NCBI GenBank assembly: GCA_947085535.1
Contig: CAMTWV010000002.1
Span: 94,199-158,198, forward strand
Direction: 5' to 3'
DNA from: an uncultured Actinomycetes bacterium
Lineage (GTDB): Bacteria; Actinomycetota; Aquicultoria; Subteraquimicrobiales; CAMTWV01
DNA: 64,000 bases
Shown here: piece by piece, positions 1 to 10,099 of the stretch
How positions within the stretch are numbered: the stretch's first letter is position 1
Layout of the letters: each line of letters begins with the position of its first letter
Program-made: the position numbers and the translations under genes
Notes under the pieces: generated by a model
Databases searched by the model: none
What the model saw: only the letters and a program-made list of their open reading frames with translations
What the model was told of the DNA's origin: nothing

Positions 1-86
1 GTTGCAACTGTTTCACGCACTTCAAGCTCAAAAGGATTAAATTCGGATTTGTATTCGACTTGTCTTTTCTGCACACGCCATGTCAT
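1..86 (-). CDS. N-terminal fragment of an ORF running off the window start (MTWRVQKRQVEYKSEFNPFELEVRETVAT...). Product unknown.
   Basis: ATG at 86..84 preceded by AGGAG about 11 nt upstream. Open frame to the window edge. Confidence 0.25.
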   Translation of the reverse strand, partial: MTWRVQKRQVEYKSEFNPFELEVRETVA

Positions 87-255
87 TCTGAATACTGCTC
101 CTTAGCTTTTTGGATTTATTATAAACTACAACTGTAAGCTAGTTTATCAAACGTTTGTTCGGAAAACAAGGATTATTTTTTGAGGTTAGTATGGCAAGCC
201 ACAATCTTAAAGATTCAACAAAATGTGGTTTTGTCCTCTGTGGTCGATAGTTGGA

Positions 256-414
256 AGTCGGGAGCATAATTAACTTCCAGCCATCAGCTAATTCAGGGAT
301 AAGGGATGAGTCTCTAGTCTAAAGGGATATTAAAGGGTTTTTCCCTCCAGATTCCTCCCTCTTCGCTAATCCCTCTCCCATAAGCCATAAGCCATAAGCT
401 ATCAGCTCTCTGCT
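256..414 (+). repeat. Copy A of the composite intergenic repeat: taattcagggataagggatgagtct / gtctaaagggatattaaagggtttttccctccagattcctccctcttcgctaatccctctccc / (cataagc)x3 / tatcagctctctgc.
   Basis: Near-identical to the reverse complement of 39781-39995 and to 8765-8812. Tandem CATAAGC heptamers at 381-401. Confidence 0.6.
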
Positions 415-726
415 TTACTTCATTTTTTCAATTTTAATTACTTCAATGGGTGTTCCCCACATATGGTACGTAGCAACATCTTTGCGTGTTTTTGCTTCAA
501 AACGCACACGCATGCCCTCAACTTGGAATTTTTTATCTAAGTTAATTGGGTCATAGTGATTGCCGTCATCGGCTACTATGCCATAGAATCCACTCTCGAG
601 GTCAACAAACCGAACGGTACCTGTCATAGAAATAACGCCTTCTTTATCTGGTTCTTTATTGGCTTTCTGGCAGCCACAGATAAGTATCAAGGTTAAAATG
701 ATGATTAGCGGCGCAATTTTTCTCAT
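415..726 (-). CDS. Small secreted or lipoprotein-like protein (signal peptide, LILICGC lipobox-like cysteines).
   Basis: Hydrophobic N-terminal signal sequence followed by Cys-Gly-Cys. No recognisable catalytic motif. Confidence 0.55.
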   Translation of the reverse strand: MRKIAPLIIILTLILICGCQKANKEPDKEGVISMTGTVRFVDLESGFYGIVADDGNHYDPINLDKKFQVEGMRVRFEAKTRKDVATYHMWGTPIEVIKIEKMK

Positions 727-751
727 TTAAACCCTTTATTGGTTAGCATTC

Positions 752-1162
752 TTATTCGCATTCACCGTAGCCATCTTTTTCGTGGGTTTTTACCCATTTT
801 TTCTCGTGTTTAACCATACAGCGGCCGAATCGTGTCATTACTGATTTTACTTTGTCTTCTAATCCAACTTTTTTATCTCGACGGTCATCAATTTCAATGG
901 TGGTAATTACACGGAGGATGCCTTTTTTAAAAGGTGTTTCGTGAAGTTTTTGAGCAAGTGCAAATAAATCAGTCGGTTCCCCTTCGATAATTGTTCCCAT
1001 GTCTGTTAGTTTAAACTTTGCTTTTTCTTGCTCGAGGGTTTTTACCACTTCAGCGATGTAATCGCCAATGCTGGGGGTAAGAGTTCCAACTGGAACGACG
1101 CTTATTTCCATTAATGCCATCTTTCCCTCCTTTCTGTTGGTTAGGAGTCGAGAGTGTTCCAA
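752..1162 (-). CDS. MTH1187/YkoF-family (UPF0045) small protein. The true start is probably the internal Met at MALMEISVVPVG.
   Basis: MEISVVPVGT...YIAEVVK...MGTIIEGE...RVITTIEIDDRRDK matches the MTH1187/YkoF fold family signature. Confidence 0.55.
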   Translation of the reverse strand: MEHSRLLTNRKEGKMALMEISVVPVGTLTPSIGDYIAEVVKTLEQEKAKFKLTDMGTIIEGEPTDLFALAQKLHETPFKKGILRVITTIEIDDRRDKKVGLEDKVKSVMTRFGRCMVKHEKKWVKTHEKDGYGECE

Positions 1163-1178
1163 ATGAAAAAGTAAAAAC

Positions 1179-1335
1179 GCTATGTCTGCCGACAGGCAGG
1201 AAAAATGTAAAATTATAATTAAAAACTAAGAGTGATTTTAAGGCTTTTAAAACATTTTAATCCTTTACCCTTTACCAATACCATCAGCTATCTGCCACCC
1301 GCTATCAGCCATCAACTATCAGCTGGCGACTGATT
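1179..1335 (+). repeat. Copy B of the intergenic repeat family: GC hairpin motif tgtctgcc-gaca-ggcagg, then ccatcagctatctgcc / ctatcagcc / ctatcagctgg heptamer-like repeats.
   Basis: Shares the tctgccgacaggcagg hairpin with 39884-39901 and the ATCAGC-type short repeats with copies A and D. Confidence 0.45.
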
Positions 1336-1340
1336 TTTCT

Positions 1341-2087
1341 TTACTCGGCTGTTATTGTGGCCTCAAAGGTCCCTCGGGCGAAAGGTATAATTAATGTATC
1401 GTTTAATTTAATCTCTAAACCAGGAGGATTGCCTGCAAATAAGTAAACAGATTCATCTGCTTCCCACTCTTTTTCATCTCCGGGATTAAGAGTTCCCTCA
1501 AAACTAAGATTACCATCAACTTTAACTCTCAACCAACATCGTTCAACCACTTTTATATTTAAGGTAAATTTAGCTGTTTGAGTCTCTTCTGCGGTTACTG
1601 TTGTTTCAGGAAATATTTCAGGCGGAACTGTGATTTCAGGAGTTTCTTTTGCCACTTCGGTTGGTTCTTCTGAGAGAAGCAATTCTTGGTCGATGGTCGG
1701 ACTGGATTTTCTTAATGCGTTAACGGCAATTGCTCCAATTATAATTAAAATAATTATGGCTACTACGATGTATATTTTTCGAGGTGGAGCAAATCTTCGG
1801 GTAAATTTTTCTTCTTTAGTTTCAGGCGGCTTAGCGGGAATTTCAATTTTATATGAAGTGCTTCGGGCTTTAAATTCACGAATTAGCGGTGCGGGGTCGA
1901 CTTCAAGAAATCGGCAATATGAACGGATAAAACCAATAACAAAAACATCTTCTGGCAAAACTTCGAAATTTTCTTTTTCCAACGCTTCAAGATATTTAAC
2001 CCTTATTTTTGTAGCTTTTTCCGCGTCTTTGAGGGTTTTGTTAAGTTTGCGTCGAGTTTCAAAGAGTGTGTCACCAATTAAACCCAT
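1341..2087 (-). CDS. rodZ: RodZ-like cytoskeleton protein: XRE HTH, one TM helix and a DUF4115-like C-terminus.
   Basis: N-terminal HTH (LKDAEKATKIRVKYLEALE), central hydrophobic helix and an extracytoplasmic C-terminal domain. Confidence 0.6.
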   Translation of the reverse strand: MGLIGDTLFETRRKLNKTLKDAEKATKIRVKYLEALEKENFEVLPEDVFVIGFIRSYCRFLEVDPAPLIREFKARSTSYKIEIPAKPPETKEEKFTRRFAPPRKIYIVVAIIILIIIGAIAVNALRKSSPTIDQELLLSEEPTEVAKETPEITVPPEIFPETTVTAEETQTAKFTLNIKVVERCWLRVKVDGNLSFEGTLNPGDEKEWEADESVYLFAGNPPGLEIKLNDTLIIPFARGTFEATITAE

Positions 2088-2179
2088 AAACGCTCCCGAT
2101 TTTGTCTTTTTAAGATAATGCTATCTTATAATATAATTTTATTATTGGCTAATATTTTTTAATCGGGACTAATATTTTT

Positions 2180-4315
2180 TTAATCAGGATTTTTTCTAAT
2201 CTGGTCAAGTTCGTCGGGTGTGATTAAAACTGCCCGAGGTTTGCTTCCCTCATATCCTCCAACAATGCCTCTTTCTTCCATCATATCAATTAAACGAGCA
2301 GCTCGAGAATATCCTATTCGCAATCTTCTTTGCAGCATAGACACAGACGCCATCCCGCTCCTAGCGACAATATCGACAGCATCGTCGAATAGTTTATCTT
2401 CGAAAAGGTCTGCTCCATATTTAGCTTTGCCTGCTCTTAATATTTCTTCATTGTAATGGGGTTTTGCCTGTTTTTTGATAAAGCTTGTAATTAGTTCTGT
2501 TTCTTGCTCGGTAACAAAGGCACCCTGAACCCGCCGCGGTTTAGTTAAACTAGCAGTGGCAAACAGCATATCCCCCTTCCCTACTAATTTCTCTGCTCCA
2601 GCCATATCGAGGATAACTCTTGAATCTGTTTGAGAAGACACAGCGAAAGCAATGCGGGTTGTTATGTTTGCTTTAATAAGTCCAGTGATAATATCTACAG
2701 AGGGTCTCTGAGTAGCAACGACAAGATGAATACCGACGGCCCTTGCCATTTGAGCAATGCGACAAATTGAATCTTCTACTTCATTTGGCGCTGCCATCAT
2801 TAAATCGGCTAATTCGTCAATTACAACCACAACGTAAGGCATAAAAGAATCTTCGCCTCTTGCTTTAAGAGTCGCATTATAAGAATCAATGTTTCTGACA
2901 CCTGCTTCTGAGAGAGTCTCGAAACGGCCTTCCATTTCTCCCACTAACCAGGTTAAGATGGTTGCGGATTGTTTTGGATGAGTTGCCACAGGCGTTAAAA
3001 GATGAGGTATGTGGTTATAAAGATTAAGCTCGATACGTTTTGGGTCGATGAGAATAAGTTTTACTTCGTCGGGTCGAGCACGAGTAAGAATTGAAACAAG
3101 CAAACTGTTTAAACAAATGCTTTTACCTGAACCAGTGGCTCCAGCAATTAAAAGATGGGGCATATCTCCTAAATCAGCTAACACTGGTTGACCAGCAATA
3201 TCTTTTCCTATGCCGATGGTTAAAAGGGAGCGATTTTGTGTCTCGGGGGCATTTAATATATCTCCTATGGTAACTAATTCTCGATACTGGTTGGGAACCT
3301 CAATGCCCACGGCTGATTTTCCAGGGATAGGAGCAAGTATGCGCACATCAGCGGTGGCTAAAGCTAAAGCAATATCGTCTGACAAGCTTAAGATTCGATT
3401 AACTTTAACGCCAGAAGCAAGCTGAATTTCATATCTGGTTACGGTGGGTCCTTTGATTACCCGACTAACTGCAGCATCAACATCGAAATTTCTTAAGGTT
3501 CTTTCGAGAATAGCCACATTTTCTTTAACATCTTTTTTGGCAGCGGACACCGTTGATTTTGGCATAGTTTTTAAGAGCGAAAGAGGTGGAAGTTGATAGG
3601 TCTCTTTTAAAGAAGGTTCGACTTCCATTATCTGAAGCTGGGTTGTTTTTCTTAGAGATTCTTCACCCGGGTAAGGGATTTGCTCAAGTCTTTCAATTGG
3701 TTCGAGAGGAGCTTCCTCGATTATCAGGGGGCGTCCTCCTTTTTCTTCGTAAAGCTCGTCTCTTGTGAAGACAGGCATTTTCTTTGCTTTAAGACCTTTT
3801 AATTTCCCATAAAGTTTAGCAAGTGTTTTTGATGGAGAAATTGTGGTAGAGATAATGACGCCAATTGTGAAAGTCGCCAATAGAACAATGTAGACTCCTT
3901 TTTTAATCAATATGCCGAGTATGTAAGCAAAAAGAGCCCCAACAAGCCCACCATAAGCGTTTATTAAGTCGGGTTCAAAGGCGCGAGAAATAGAAATGTT
4001 CTGGTAATCAAGGGCAATGAAGTGAATTAAAGAAATTAAGCTCACAAAAGAAATTAATAACCCGAGGCCAACTGATTTTCCATCAAGAGTGGTTTTGCGT
4101 CTCATGAAAGCAATTCCCCAGCCTGCTATAAGAAGAGGAACTAAAAATCTACCTACCCCGATTAAAACTCGTAATATTTTTGTGGTGTAAGCTCCAATAA
4201 ACCCTGTAGCGTTACTGAAAATAAAAAGAGCCAGCAAAAGACCTATGGAAATTAAGGCAATGCCGTAAACTTCATCTAAGTATTCTTTTCTTTTGTTTAC
4301 TTTATTCCTGCTCAT
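2180..4315 (-). CDS. ftsK: DNA translocase FtsK/SpoIIIE.
   Basis: N-terminal TM helices, Walker A GATGSGKS, C-terminal winged-helix gamma domain. 711 aa. Confidence 0.92.
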   Translation of the reverse strand: MSRNKVNKRKEYLDEVYGIALISIGLLLALFIFSNATGFIGAYTTKILRVLIGVGRFLVPLLIAGWGIAFMRRKTTLDGKSVGLGLLISFVSLISLIHFIALDYQNISISRAFEPDLINAYGGLVGALFAYILGILIKKGVYIVLLATFTIGVIISTTISPSKTLAKLYGKLKGLKAKKMPVFTRDELYEEKGGRPLIIEEAPLEPIERLEQIPYPGEESLRKTTQLQIMEVEPSLKETYQLPPLSLLKTMPKSTVSAAKKDVKENVAILERTLRNFDVDAAVSRVIKGPTVTRYEIQLASGVKVNRILSLSDDIALALATADVRILAPIPGKSAVGIEVPNQYRELVTIGDILNAPETQNRSLLTIGIGKDIAGQPVLADLGDMPHLLIAGATGSGKSICLNSLLVSILTRARPDEVKLILIDPKRIELNLYNHIPHLLTPVATHPKQSATILTWLVGEMEGRFETLSEAGVRNIDSYNATLKARGEDSFMPYVVVVIDELADLMMAAPNEVEDSICRIAQMARAVGIHLVVATQRPSVDIITGLIKANITTRIAFAVSSQTDSRVILDMAGAEKLVGKGDMLFATASLTKPRRVQGAFVTEQETELITSFIKKQAKPHYNEEILRAGKAKYGADLFEDKLFDDAVDIVARSGMASVSMLQRRLRIGYSRAARLIDMMEERGIVGGYEGSKPRAVLITPDELDQIRKNPD

Positions 4316-4318
4316 AGC

Positions 4319-5134
4319 TTACCTCGGATAAGTTAAAATCATTGAGATTATGCCAATAGCAAAACAATAATAAGCAAAAATATTTAACTTGCCTTTTTGA
4401 AGAAATTTTAGCAAGTATTTAATGCATAGGTAACCACTGATAAATGCGGCAACAAAACCGAAAAAATAATTTATTAAAAGGGCTGTGTTGGTTTGGCTTA
4501 ACAAAATAAGGTCTTTTGTTTTATTTGCAGTCGCAGCAAAAATTATGGGGATGCTTAGCAAAAATGAATAACGAGCTGCCACTTCTCGTTTAAAACCCCT
4601 CAGAAGTCCACAAGAAATGGTGACTCCTGACCTTGAAATTCCAGGAGCGATGGCTAAACCTTGAGCAAAACCAATAATTAAACTATCAGTGAGATTAATT
4701 TTATTTAAAGCTCTATTTTTTGATGACATTCTTTCGCTACTCCATAATATAGCACCAGTGACAATTAAAAAACAGCTTACATAGAAAGGCAGCTCAAATA
4801 AGTTTTCAAAGAAATCTTTAAAAAGTAGAGCCATAACAACAGCAGGAAGTGTGCCAATAATAATTAGCCAGGCTAATTTCCGCTCAAAGTCTTTTTGAAT
4901 ATCTCTTTCTTTAATGCTTGCCAGAAAAGCGTTTAAAAGCTGTATGACTTCGGAACGGAAGTAAACAAGAAGGGCTAAAAGTGTTCCAGCGTGCAATAGG
5001 ACATCAAAGACAACGGATGGTTGTTTCCAGCCGAGCAGGTACGGCAATAGAACTAAATGACCGCTACTGCTAACTGGAACAAATTCTGTTGTTCCTTGAA
5101 CGATTCCTAAGATAACTGCTTGAATCAAACTCAT
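4319..5134 (-). CDS. uppP: Undecaprenyl-diphosphate phosphatase (BacA/UppP).
   Basis: GIVQGTTEFVPVSSSGHL signature. Polytopic membrane protein. Confidence 0.9.
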   Translation of the reverse strand: MSLIQAVILGIVQGTTEFVPVSSSGHLVLLPYLLGWKQPSVVFDVLLHAGTLLALLVYFRSEVIQLLNAFLASIKERDIQKDFERKLAWLIIIGTLPAVVMALLFKDFFENLFELPFYVSCFLIVTGAILWSSERMSSKNRALNKINLTDSLIIGFAQGLAIAPGISRSGVTISCGLLRGFKREVAARYSFLLSIPIIFAATANKTKDLILLSQTNTALLINYFFGFVAAFISGYLCIKYLLKFLQKGKLNIFAYYCFAIGIISMILTYPR

Positions 5135-5148
5135 TTAAACTCCTTAAG

Positions 5149-6816
5149 TTAAACCTCGATAACGATAGGCATAATCATGGGTCTTCTGCCTGTTTGCTCA
5201 TAAAGAAAACGACTTAAACTGCTTCTGATGTCATTTTTAAGAGCGCTAATGTCTGTTATTTCTTTAGCTCTTGTATCGGACAGGACTTTTTCAATTAAAT
5301 CTTTCGCTTCGTTCATAAGTTTGGTTGATTCTTTGACATATACGAAGCCCCGAGAGGTTAAATCAGGTCCAGCGACTATTTCTCCTGTATTTTCGTTTAT
5401 GCCCACGATAACAATAAAAGCACCGTCAGTTGAAAGTTGTTGTCTGTCGCGCAAAACTACATTGCCAATATCTCCCACTCCAAGTCCGTCAACATAAATG
5501 ACGCCCGCTGGTATACGGCAAGCAATACGAACTTTGGAATCAGTAAATTCAATAACATCACCGTTGCTTACTAATATTATGTTGCGCTTTGGCAACCCTG
5601 CCTCAAGAGCTAAATCGGTATGATGTTTAAGGTGACGATATTCTCCATGGATAGGAATAAAATATTTTGGATTGACGGAATTTATCATAATTTTAAGTTC
5701 TTCCTGAGTTGCGTGGCCTGAAACGTGAACAGGCGAAATTGCCTCATAATAAACCTCAGCTTTAAGTTTATATAATCTGTCGATAGTTCTTGCCACTGAT
5801 TTTTCATTACCGGGGACAGGGCGAGCCGAAATTATTATCATGTCTCCAGGTTGAACATCAATATGTTTATGTTCACGAGAAGCTATGCGGACAAGAGCAG
5901 AGAGCGGTTCACCCTGGCTTCCCGTACAAAGAATAGCCACTTCTTCTCGTTTAAATTTATTTAACTCACTTATGTCTATAAGCGTATCAGCGGGGATTTT
6001 TAAATAACCCAATCTCTGACTAATTTCAATATTTGTGCTCATTGTTCTGCCTGCTATAGCAATTTTACGTCGAGTTTGATGGGCAACATCAATTATTTCC
6101 TGAATACGGTGAATATGAGAAGCAAAACAGGCGACAATAACACGCTTCCGAGCTTTTTTAAACAGTTTTTTTAAAGTTTCTCCGACTACCCGTTCCGAAT
6201 GACTATAACCCTGAGTTTCTGCATTCGTGCTGTCTGAAAAAAGAGCTAAAACATTTTTCTCTTTAAAGGAAGAAAATTTATTAAGTTCAGTTGGTTTTCC
6301 ATCGACAGGGGTCTGATCGAGCTTAAAATCTCCTGTGTGGATTAAGATGCCGAGAGGAGTGCGGATAGCCAATCCTACTCCATCGGGGATACTGTGGCAC
6401 ACTCTCATAAATTCTATTGTAAAAACACCTATTTTAATAGGTTTAAGTGGGTTAATAACATTTAGCTTAACATTATCGAGGTTGTGCTCTTCAAGTTTTG
6501 ATTCAACCAGTCCCATGGTAAGTTTTGTTCCATAAACAGGGACATTAAGTTGTTTTAATAAATAAGGAAGAGCGCCTACATGGTCTTCATGTCCGTGAGT
6601 TAGAATGATTGCTTTAAAGCGGCGCTTGTTTTTAATCAGGTAGGAAAAATTAGGTAAGACTAAATCAATGCCAAGCATTTCTTCCTCAGGAAACATCAAA
6701 CCAGCGTCAATCGCAATAATATCTGCTCCGTATTCGATTACCATCATATTTTTGCCAATTTCGCCCAATCCCCCGAGGGGAATTACTCTCAGTTTAGTTT
6801 TTCTTTTTTTATCCAT
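5149..6816 (-). CDS. rnj: Ribonuclease J (metallo-beta-lactamase / beta-CASP).
   Basis: HGHEDHVGALPYLL motif. 555 aa with RNase J domain order. Confidence 0.9.
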   Translation of the reverse strand: MDKKRKTKLRVIPLGGLGEIGKNMMVIEYGADIIAIDAGLMFPEEEMLGIDLVLPNFSYLIKNKRRFKAIILTHGHEDHVGALPYLLKQLNVPVYGTKLTMGLVESKLEEHNLDNVKLNVINPLKPIKIGVFTIEFMRVCHSIPDGVGLAIRTPLGILIHTGDFKLDQTPVDGKPTELNKFSSFKEKNVLALFSDSTNAETQGYSHSERVVGETLKKLFKKARKRVIVACFASHIHRIQEIIDVAHQTRRKIAIAGRTMSTNIEISQRLGYLKIPADTLIDISELNKFKREEVAILCTGSQGEPLSALVRIASREHKHIDVQPGDMIIISARPVPGNEKSVARTIDRLYKLKAEVYYEAISPVHVSGHATQEELKIMINSVNPKYFIPIHGEYRHLKHHTDLALEAGLPKRNIILVSNGDVIEFTDSKVRIACRIPAGVIYVDGLGVGDIGNVVLRDRQQLSTDGAFIVIVGINENTGEIVAGPDLTSRGFVYVKESTKLMNEAKDLIEKVLSDTRAKEITDISALKNDIRSSLSRFLYEQTGRRPMIMPIVIEV

Positions 6817-6849
6817 CTTTATTTCCTGCTGTGTCGATTGGTGCGATTT

Positions 6850-7731
6850 TTAGAGTACTCCTACTTCTTCCATTACTTTCTTGAGCTTATTAATTTGTTC
6901 TTCTGTTGCGCTGATAAGAGGTAATCTTAAACCACCAACGTTTAAGCCCTTTAAATTTACTGCTGCTTTAACCATAATTGGATTTGTGGTCATAAATAAA
7001 GCTTTAAATAAAGACATCAATTTTAGATGTAAATCTTTTGCTTTTGAAACATTGCCGTCCTTATATCCTTTTATCATTTCCGCAATCTCTTTTCCTGCAA
7101 CATGGCTGGCAACACTAATTACGCCTGTTCCACCCAGAGCAAGTATGGACAAAGTCATACTGTCGTCTCCACTGTAAATTAAGAAATCATCGTCTGTTTC
7201 CTTAGAAATTTTAGCAATTTGTTCGAAATTTCCACTTGCCTCTTTAACTGCCACAATGTTTTTGATGGCAGATAGCCTAATAATTGTTTCTGCTTCGATA
7301 TTACAGGCGGTTCTTGATGGAACATTGTAAACAATCACAGGAAGAGAGGTATTTTCTGCAATAGCTTTAAAGTGCCTAAATAAACCTTCCTGTGGTGGCT
7401 TGTTATAGTATGGACCTACCAGCATACAGCCATCAATTCCCGTTTTTTCGGCTTTTTTAGTAAGTTCTATGCTTTCGTTTGTGCAATAGTTTCCTGTTCC
7501 GCCAATAACAATGGCTTTGTTGCCCACAGTATCTTTGACGGTTTTAAAGAGATTAAGTTTTTCTTCCGAGGTTAAGGTGGGAGATTCACCTGTTGTACCT
7601 GAGATTACTAATCCGTCAGAACCATTCTCGATAAGGTAAAGGGCAAGTTCCTGAGCTTTTTCGTAATCAACACTTAGATTATCTTTAAAAGGAGTAACCA
7701 TTGCAGTTAAAACATTGCCAAAATTAATCAT
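6850..7731 (-). CDS. dapA: 4-hydroxy-tetrahydrodipicolinate synthase.
   Basis: DapA/NAL family (GTTGES...K active-site region). 293 aa. Confidence 0.9.
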   Translation of the reverse strand: MINFGNVLTAMVTPFKDNLSVDYEKAQELALYLIENGSDGLVISGTTGESPTLTSEEKLNLFKTVKDTVGNKAIVIGGTGNYCTNESIELTKKAEKTGIDGCMLVGPYYNKPPQEGLFRHFKAIAENTSLPVIVYNVPSRTACNIEAETIIRLSAIKNIVAVKEASGNFEQIAKISKETDDDFLIYSGDDSMTLSILALGGTGVISVASHVAGKEIAEMIKGYKDGNVSKAKDLHLKLMSLFKALFMTTNPIMVKAAVNLKGLNVGGLRLPLISATEEQINKLKKVMEEVGVL

Positions 7732-7764
7732 TCAAATTCCTCCTGACTAAATTATCAAATTTGA

Positions 7765-8499
7765 CTATATGCCGAGGAGTTGCTCTAAACCATAGGTTAG
7801 TCCTGGTCTCTGTCCTACATTTTTGATTGCCATTATAACACCGGGCATAAAGGAAGTTCGATCGATTGAGTCGTGTCTGATGGTTAGGGTTTGCCCTGTT
7901 CCGCCAAAAATTACTTCTTGGTGGGCAACTAATCCAGGCAGTCTAACACTGTGAATCGGGATATTTGGGTTATTTGTGATTCTCGAGATGCCCTGCGCAG
8001 TTTTTAAAGCGGTTCCTGACGGGGCATCTACTTTTTGCTTATGATGAAGTTCGATTATTTCCACATCGGGCAAGAAACGAGCAGCTATTTCTGATAGTTT
8101 CATCATAAGTACAGCACCAACAGCAAAATTAGGAGCAATAAAAGCATTTACCCCTTTTTTTTCGCACAGAGATTTAACTTCGAATAAATTATCCTCTGTG
8201 ATGCCTGTGGTTCCAATGACTGTGTGTACCCTGGCATTTAATGTTTTTCTGATATTATTCATTACCGCTCCAGGATGAGTAAAATCGACCACAACATCAG
8301 GTTGAGAAGACTTAATGGTTTCCTCTAAGTTATTCTGGATTAAAACACCTATTTTCCCTAACCCGATAAGTTCACCTATGTCGGTGTTAACCATTGATAT
8401 ATCTACTGCTCCAACCAGCGAAAGTTCTTGGTCAACCAGAACAGCCCGACAGACTTCTCGTCCCATTTTCCCGGCAGCGCCTGAAACTAACACGCGCAT
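7765..8499 (-). CDS. dapB: 4-hydroxy-tetrahydrodipicolinate reductase.
   Basis: N-terminal Rossmann GAAGKMGR. 244 aa. SD ggaggtgaag upstream. Confidence 0.88.
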   Translation of the reverse strand: MRVLVSGAAGKMGREVCRAVLVDQELSLVGAVDISMVNTDIGELIGLGKIGVLIQNNLEETIKSSQPDVVVDFTHPGAVMNNIRKTLNARVHTVIGTTGITEDNLFEVKSLCEKKGVNAFIAPNFAVGAVLMMKLSEIAARFLPDVEIIELHHKQKVDAPSGTALKTAQGISRITNNPNIPIHSVRLPGLVAHQEVIFGGTGQTLTIRHDSIDRTSFMPGVIMAIKNVGQRPGLTYGLEQLLGI

Positions 8500-8535
8500 C
8501 GTTCTTCACCTCCTTAAAATTCAGACTATAGACAT

Positions 8536-8812
8536 CTGACACCTGCCCGCCATTGGCTATCGCCTTCAGGCGTAGGCAGGCGGGTCAGGTGGTCTGAGAT
8601 TAATTAAGATTTAGAATAAGGTTGAGTTTAAGATTAAAGTTAAGTCATTGCTAAGTTTTAAGACCTTTATTAGCTTATTCAAATCTTTACATAAGAAACA
8701 AAGTATTACATCAATATTTTCTTTGTCTTGACTGCTTAACCTTAATCTCTATTAATCTCTACTTAATTTCCCTCTAGACTCCTCCCTCTTCACTAATCCC
8801 TTTACTATCAGC
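8536..8812 (+). repeat. Copy C of the intergenic repeat family: GC-rich imperfect palindrome (8536-8598), AT-rich spacer, then tccctctagactcctccctcttcactaatcccttt-actatcagcc (8770-8812).
   Basis: Right-hand module about 90% identical to 343-380. Left module resembles the hairpin module at 39871-39911 in inverted orientation. Confidence 0.5.
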
Positions 8813-8824
8813 CACTTTTGACTT

Positions 8825-10090
8825 CTAACCGACTGTCTTTGCAAGTGTTTTTTCATTTACTGGCCCAATAGCTACCAGCAACATTTTTTCAGGTTTAAAT
8901 AAAAGTTTAGCTATCCTTTGCACATCTTCAAGAGTAACTTTGTCAATACGTTTAACTATTTCATCGAGACTTAAAATTTCTCCCTGTGTTAATTCAGACT
9001 TACCTAATCTTATCATTCTGTTGTGCGTGCTTTCCAAACTCAGCACCAACTGTCCTTTTAAATGTTCACGAGCTATATTTAGTTCTTTTTCAGTTACCCC
9101 GTTCTCAGCAATATTCATTAGTTCGTTTTGAGTAATCTTTAAAACTTCTTCGACTTTTGATTTTCTTGTTCCTGCGTAGACAGCAAATAATCCTGAATCT
9201 GAGTATAGCGAATGGTAAGAGTAGACGGTATAGACAAGCCCTCTTTTTTCTCTTATTTCTTGAAATAGTCTGGAGCTCATTCCCCCGCCCAAAATGACAT
9301 CAAGGATAGCCAGAGTAAATCTATCAGCATGTTTAGCTGGAACAGCAGTAGTTCCGTAGCATATGTGGACTTGCTCTGTCTCCCGTGAATTGACAAGCAA
9401 TCCTTTTTTAGGTTTGGATTCAAGTTCCTGTCTTTTGGTTGATGCTAAAGGTGAAGGAGTTTTAGTTTTCGGAAAATGTTTGTTGATTAAATTAACAATG
9501 CTTCTTGTTTCAAGATTACCAGCGGCGGCAACAAGGATGTTTTCAGGAACATAATTCTCACTAAAAAACTCAGAGATATTTTCGCGGTTAAAAGATTTAA
9601 CCGTTTCAATTCTTCCAAGAATGTTTTTGCCCAAGGGGTGATTTTGAAAAAGCGTTGACGCAAAAAGGTCATGAATTAGCTCATCTGGTGTGTCTTCATG
9701 AAGATTTATTTCTTCCAGAACAACATTTTTTTCGGACTCGATGTCTTTTTTGTTTAGAAGTGGATTCTGGAGCATGTCTGCTAATACATCAACCGCAATG
9801 GGAAGATGCTTATCGTGAAAACGAGCATAATAACAGACATACTCTTTTGAAGAAAAGGCATTAATATCTGCCCCTAAAGACTCGAAGATTTCGGAAATGT
9901 CGCGAGATGAGTATTTTTTGGTTCCCTTAAATAGCATATGCTCAATGAAGTGTGAAATTCCTTCATGTTTGTCATTTTCATCTCGCGTGCCCACTTTTAT
10001 CCAGAAACCAAGAGCTATTGATCTCATGTGAGGCATGGGTTCGCTTAATATCTTAATGCCTGAATCAGAATATGAAAAAGTGAAAGACAT
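8825..10090 (-). CDS. M16-family zinc peptidase (insulinase-like, HxxEH).
   Basis: Inverted zinc motif HFIEHMLFKG. 421 aa. Same position as mlpA/ymxG beside pnp in Bacillus. Confidence 0.85.
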   Translation of the reverse strand: MSFTFSYSDSGIKILSEPMPHMRSIALGFWIKVGTRDENDKHEGISHFIEHMLFKGTKKYSSRDISEIFESLGADINAFSSKEYVCYYARFHDKHLPIAVDVLADMLQNPLLNKKDIESEKNVVLEEINLHEDTPDELIHDLFASTLFQNHPLGKNILGRIETVKSFNRENISEFFSENYVPENILVAAAGNLETRSIVNLINKHFPKTKTPSPLASTKRQELESKPKKGLLVNSRETEQVHICYGTTAVPAKHADRFTLAILDVILGGGMSSRLFQEIREKRGLVYTVYSYHSLYSDSGLFAVYAGTRKSKVEEVLKITQNELMNIAENGVTEKELNIAREHLKGQLVLSLESTHNRMIRLGKSELTQGEILSLDEIVKRIDKVTLEDVQRIAKLLFKPEKMLLVAIGPVNEKTLAKTVG

Positions 10091-10099
10091 AGAGGTATC

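Noticed and set aside
381-401. Possible CRISPR array from the CATAAGC / CTATCAGC tandem repeats (also 1285-1325 and 39751-39783)
   Set aside because: Units are 7 nt with no spacers, only 3-4 copies, and embedded in the larger dispersed intergenic repeat. Not a CRISPR structure.
1630-2118. 162-aa plus-strand ORF
   Set aside because: Antisense to the rodZ-like gene. No motifs.
8500-8824. Lysine (L-box) riboswitch in the 325-nt leader upstream of dapB-dapA
   Set aside because: Reading the minus-strand leader, I could not find the conserved L-box core motifs. The structured GC-rich segment matches the dispersed repeat family instead.
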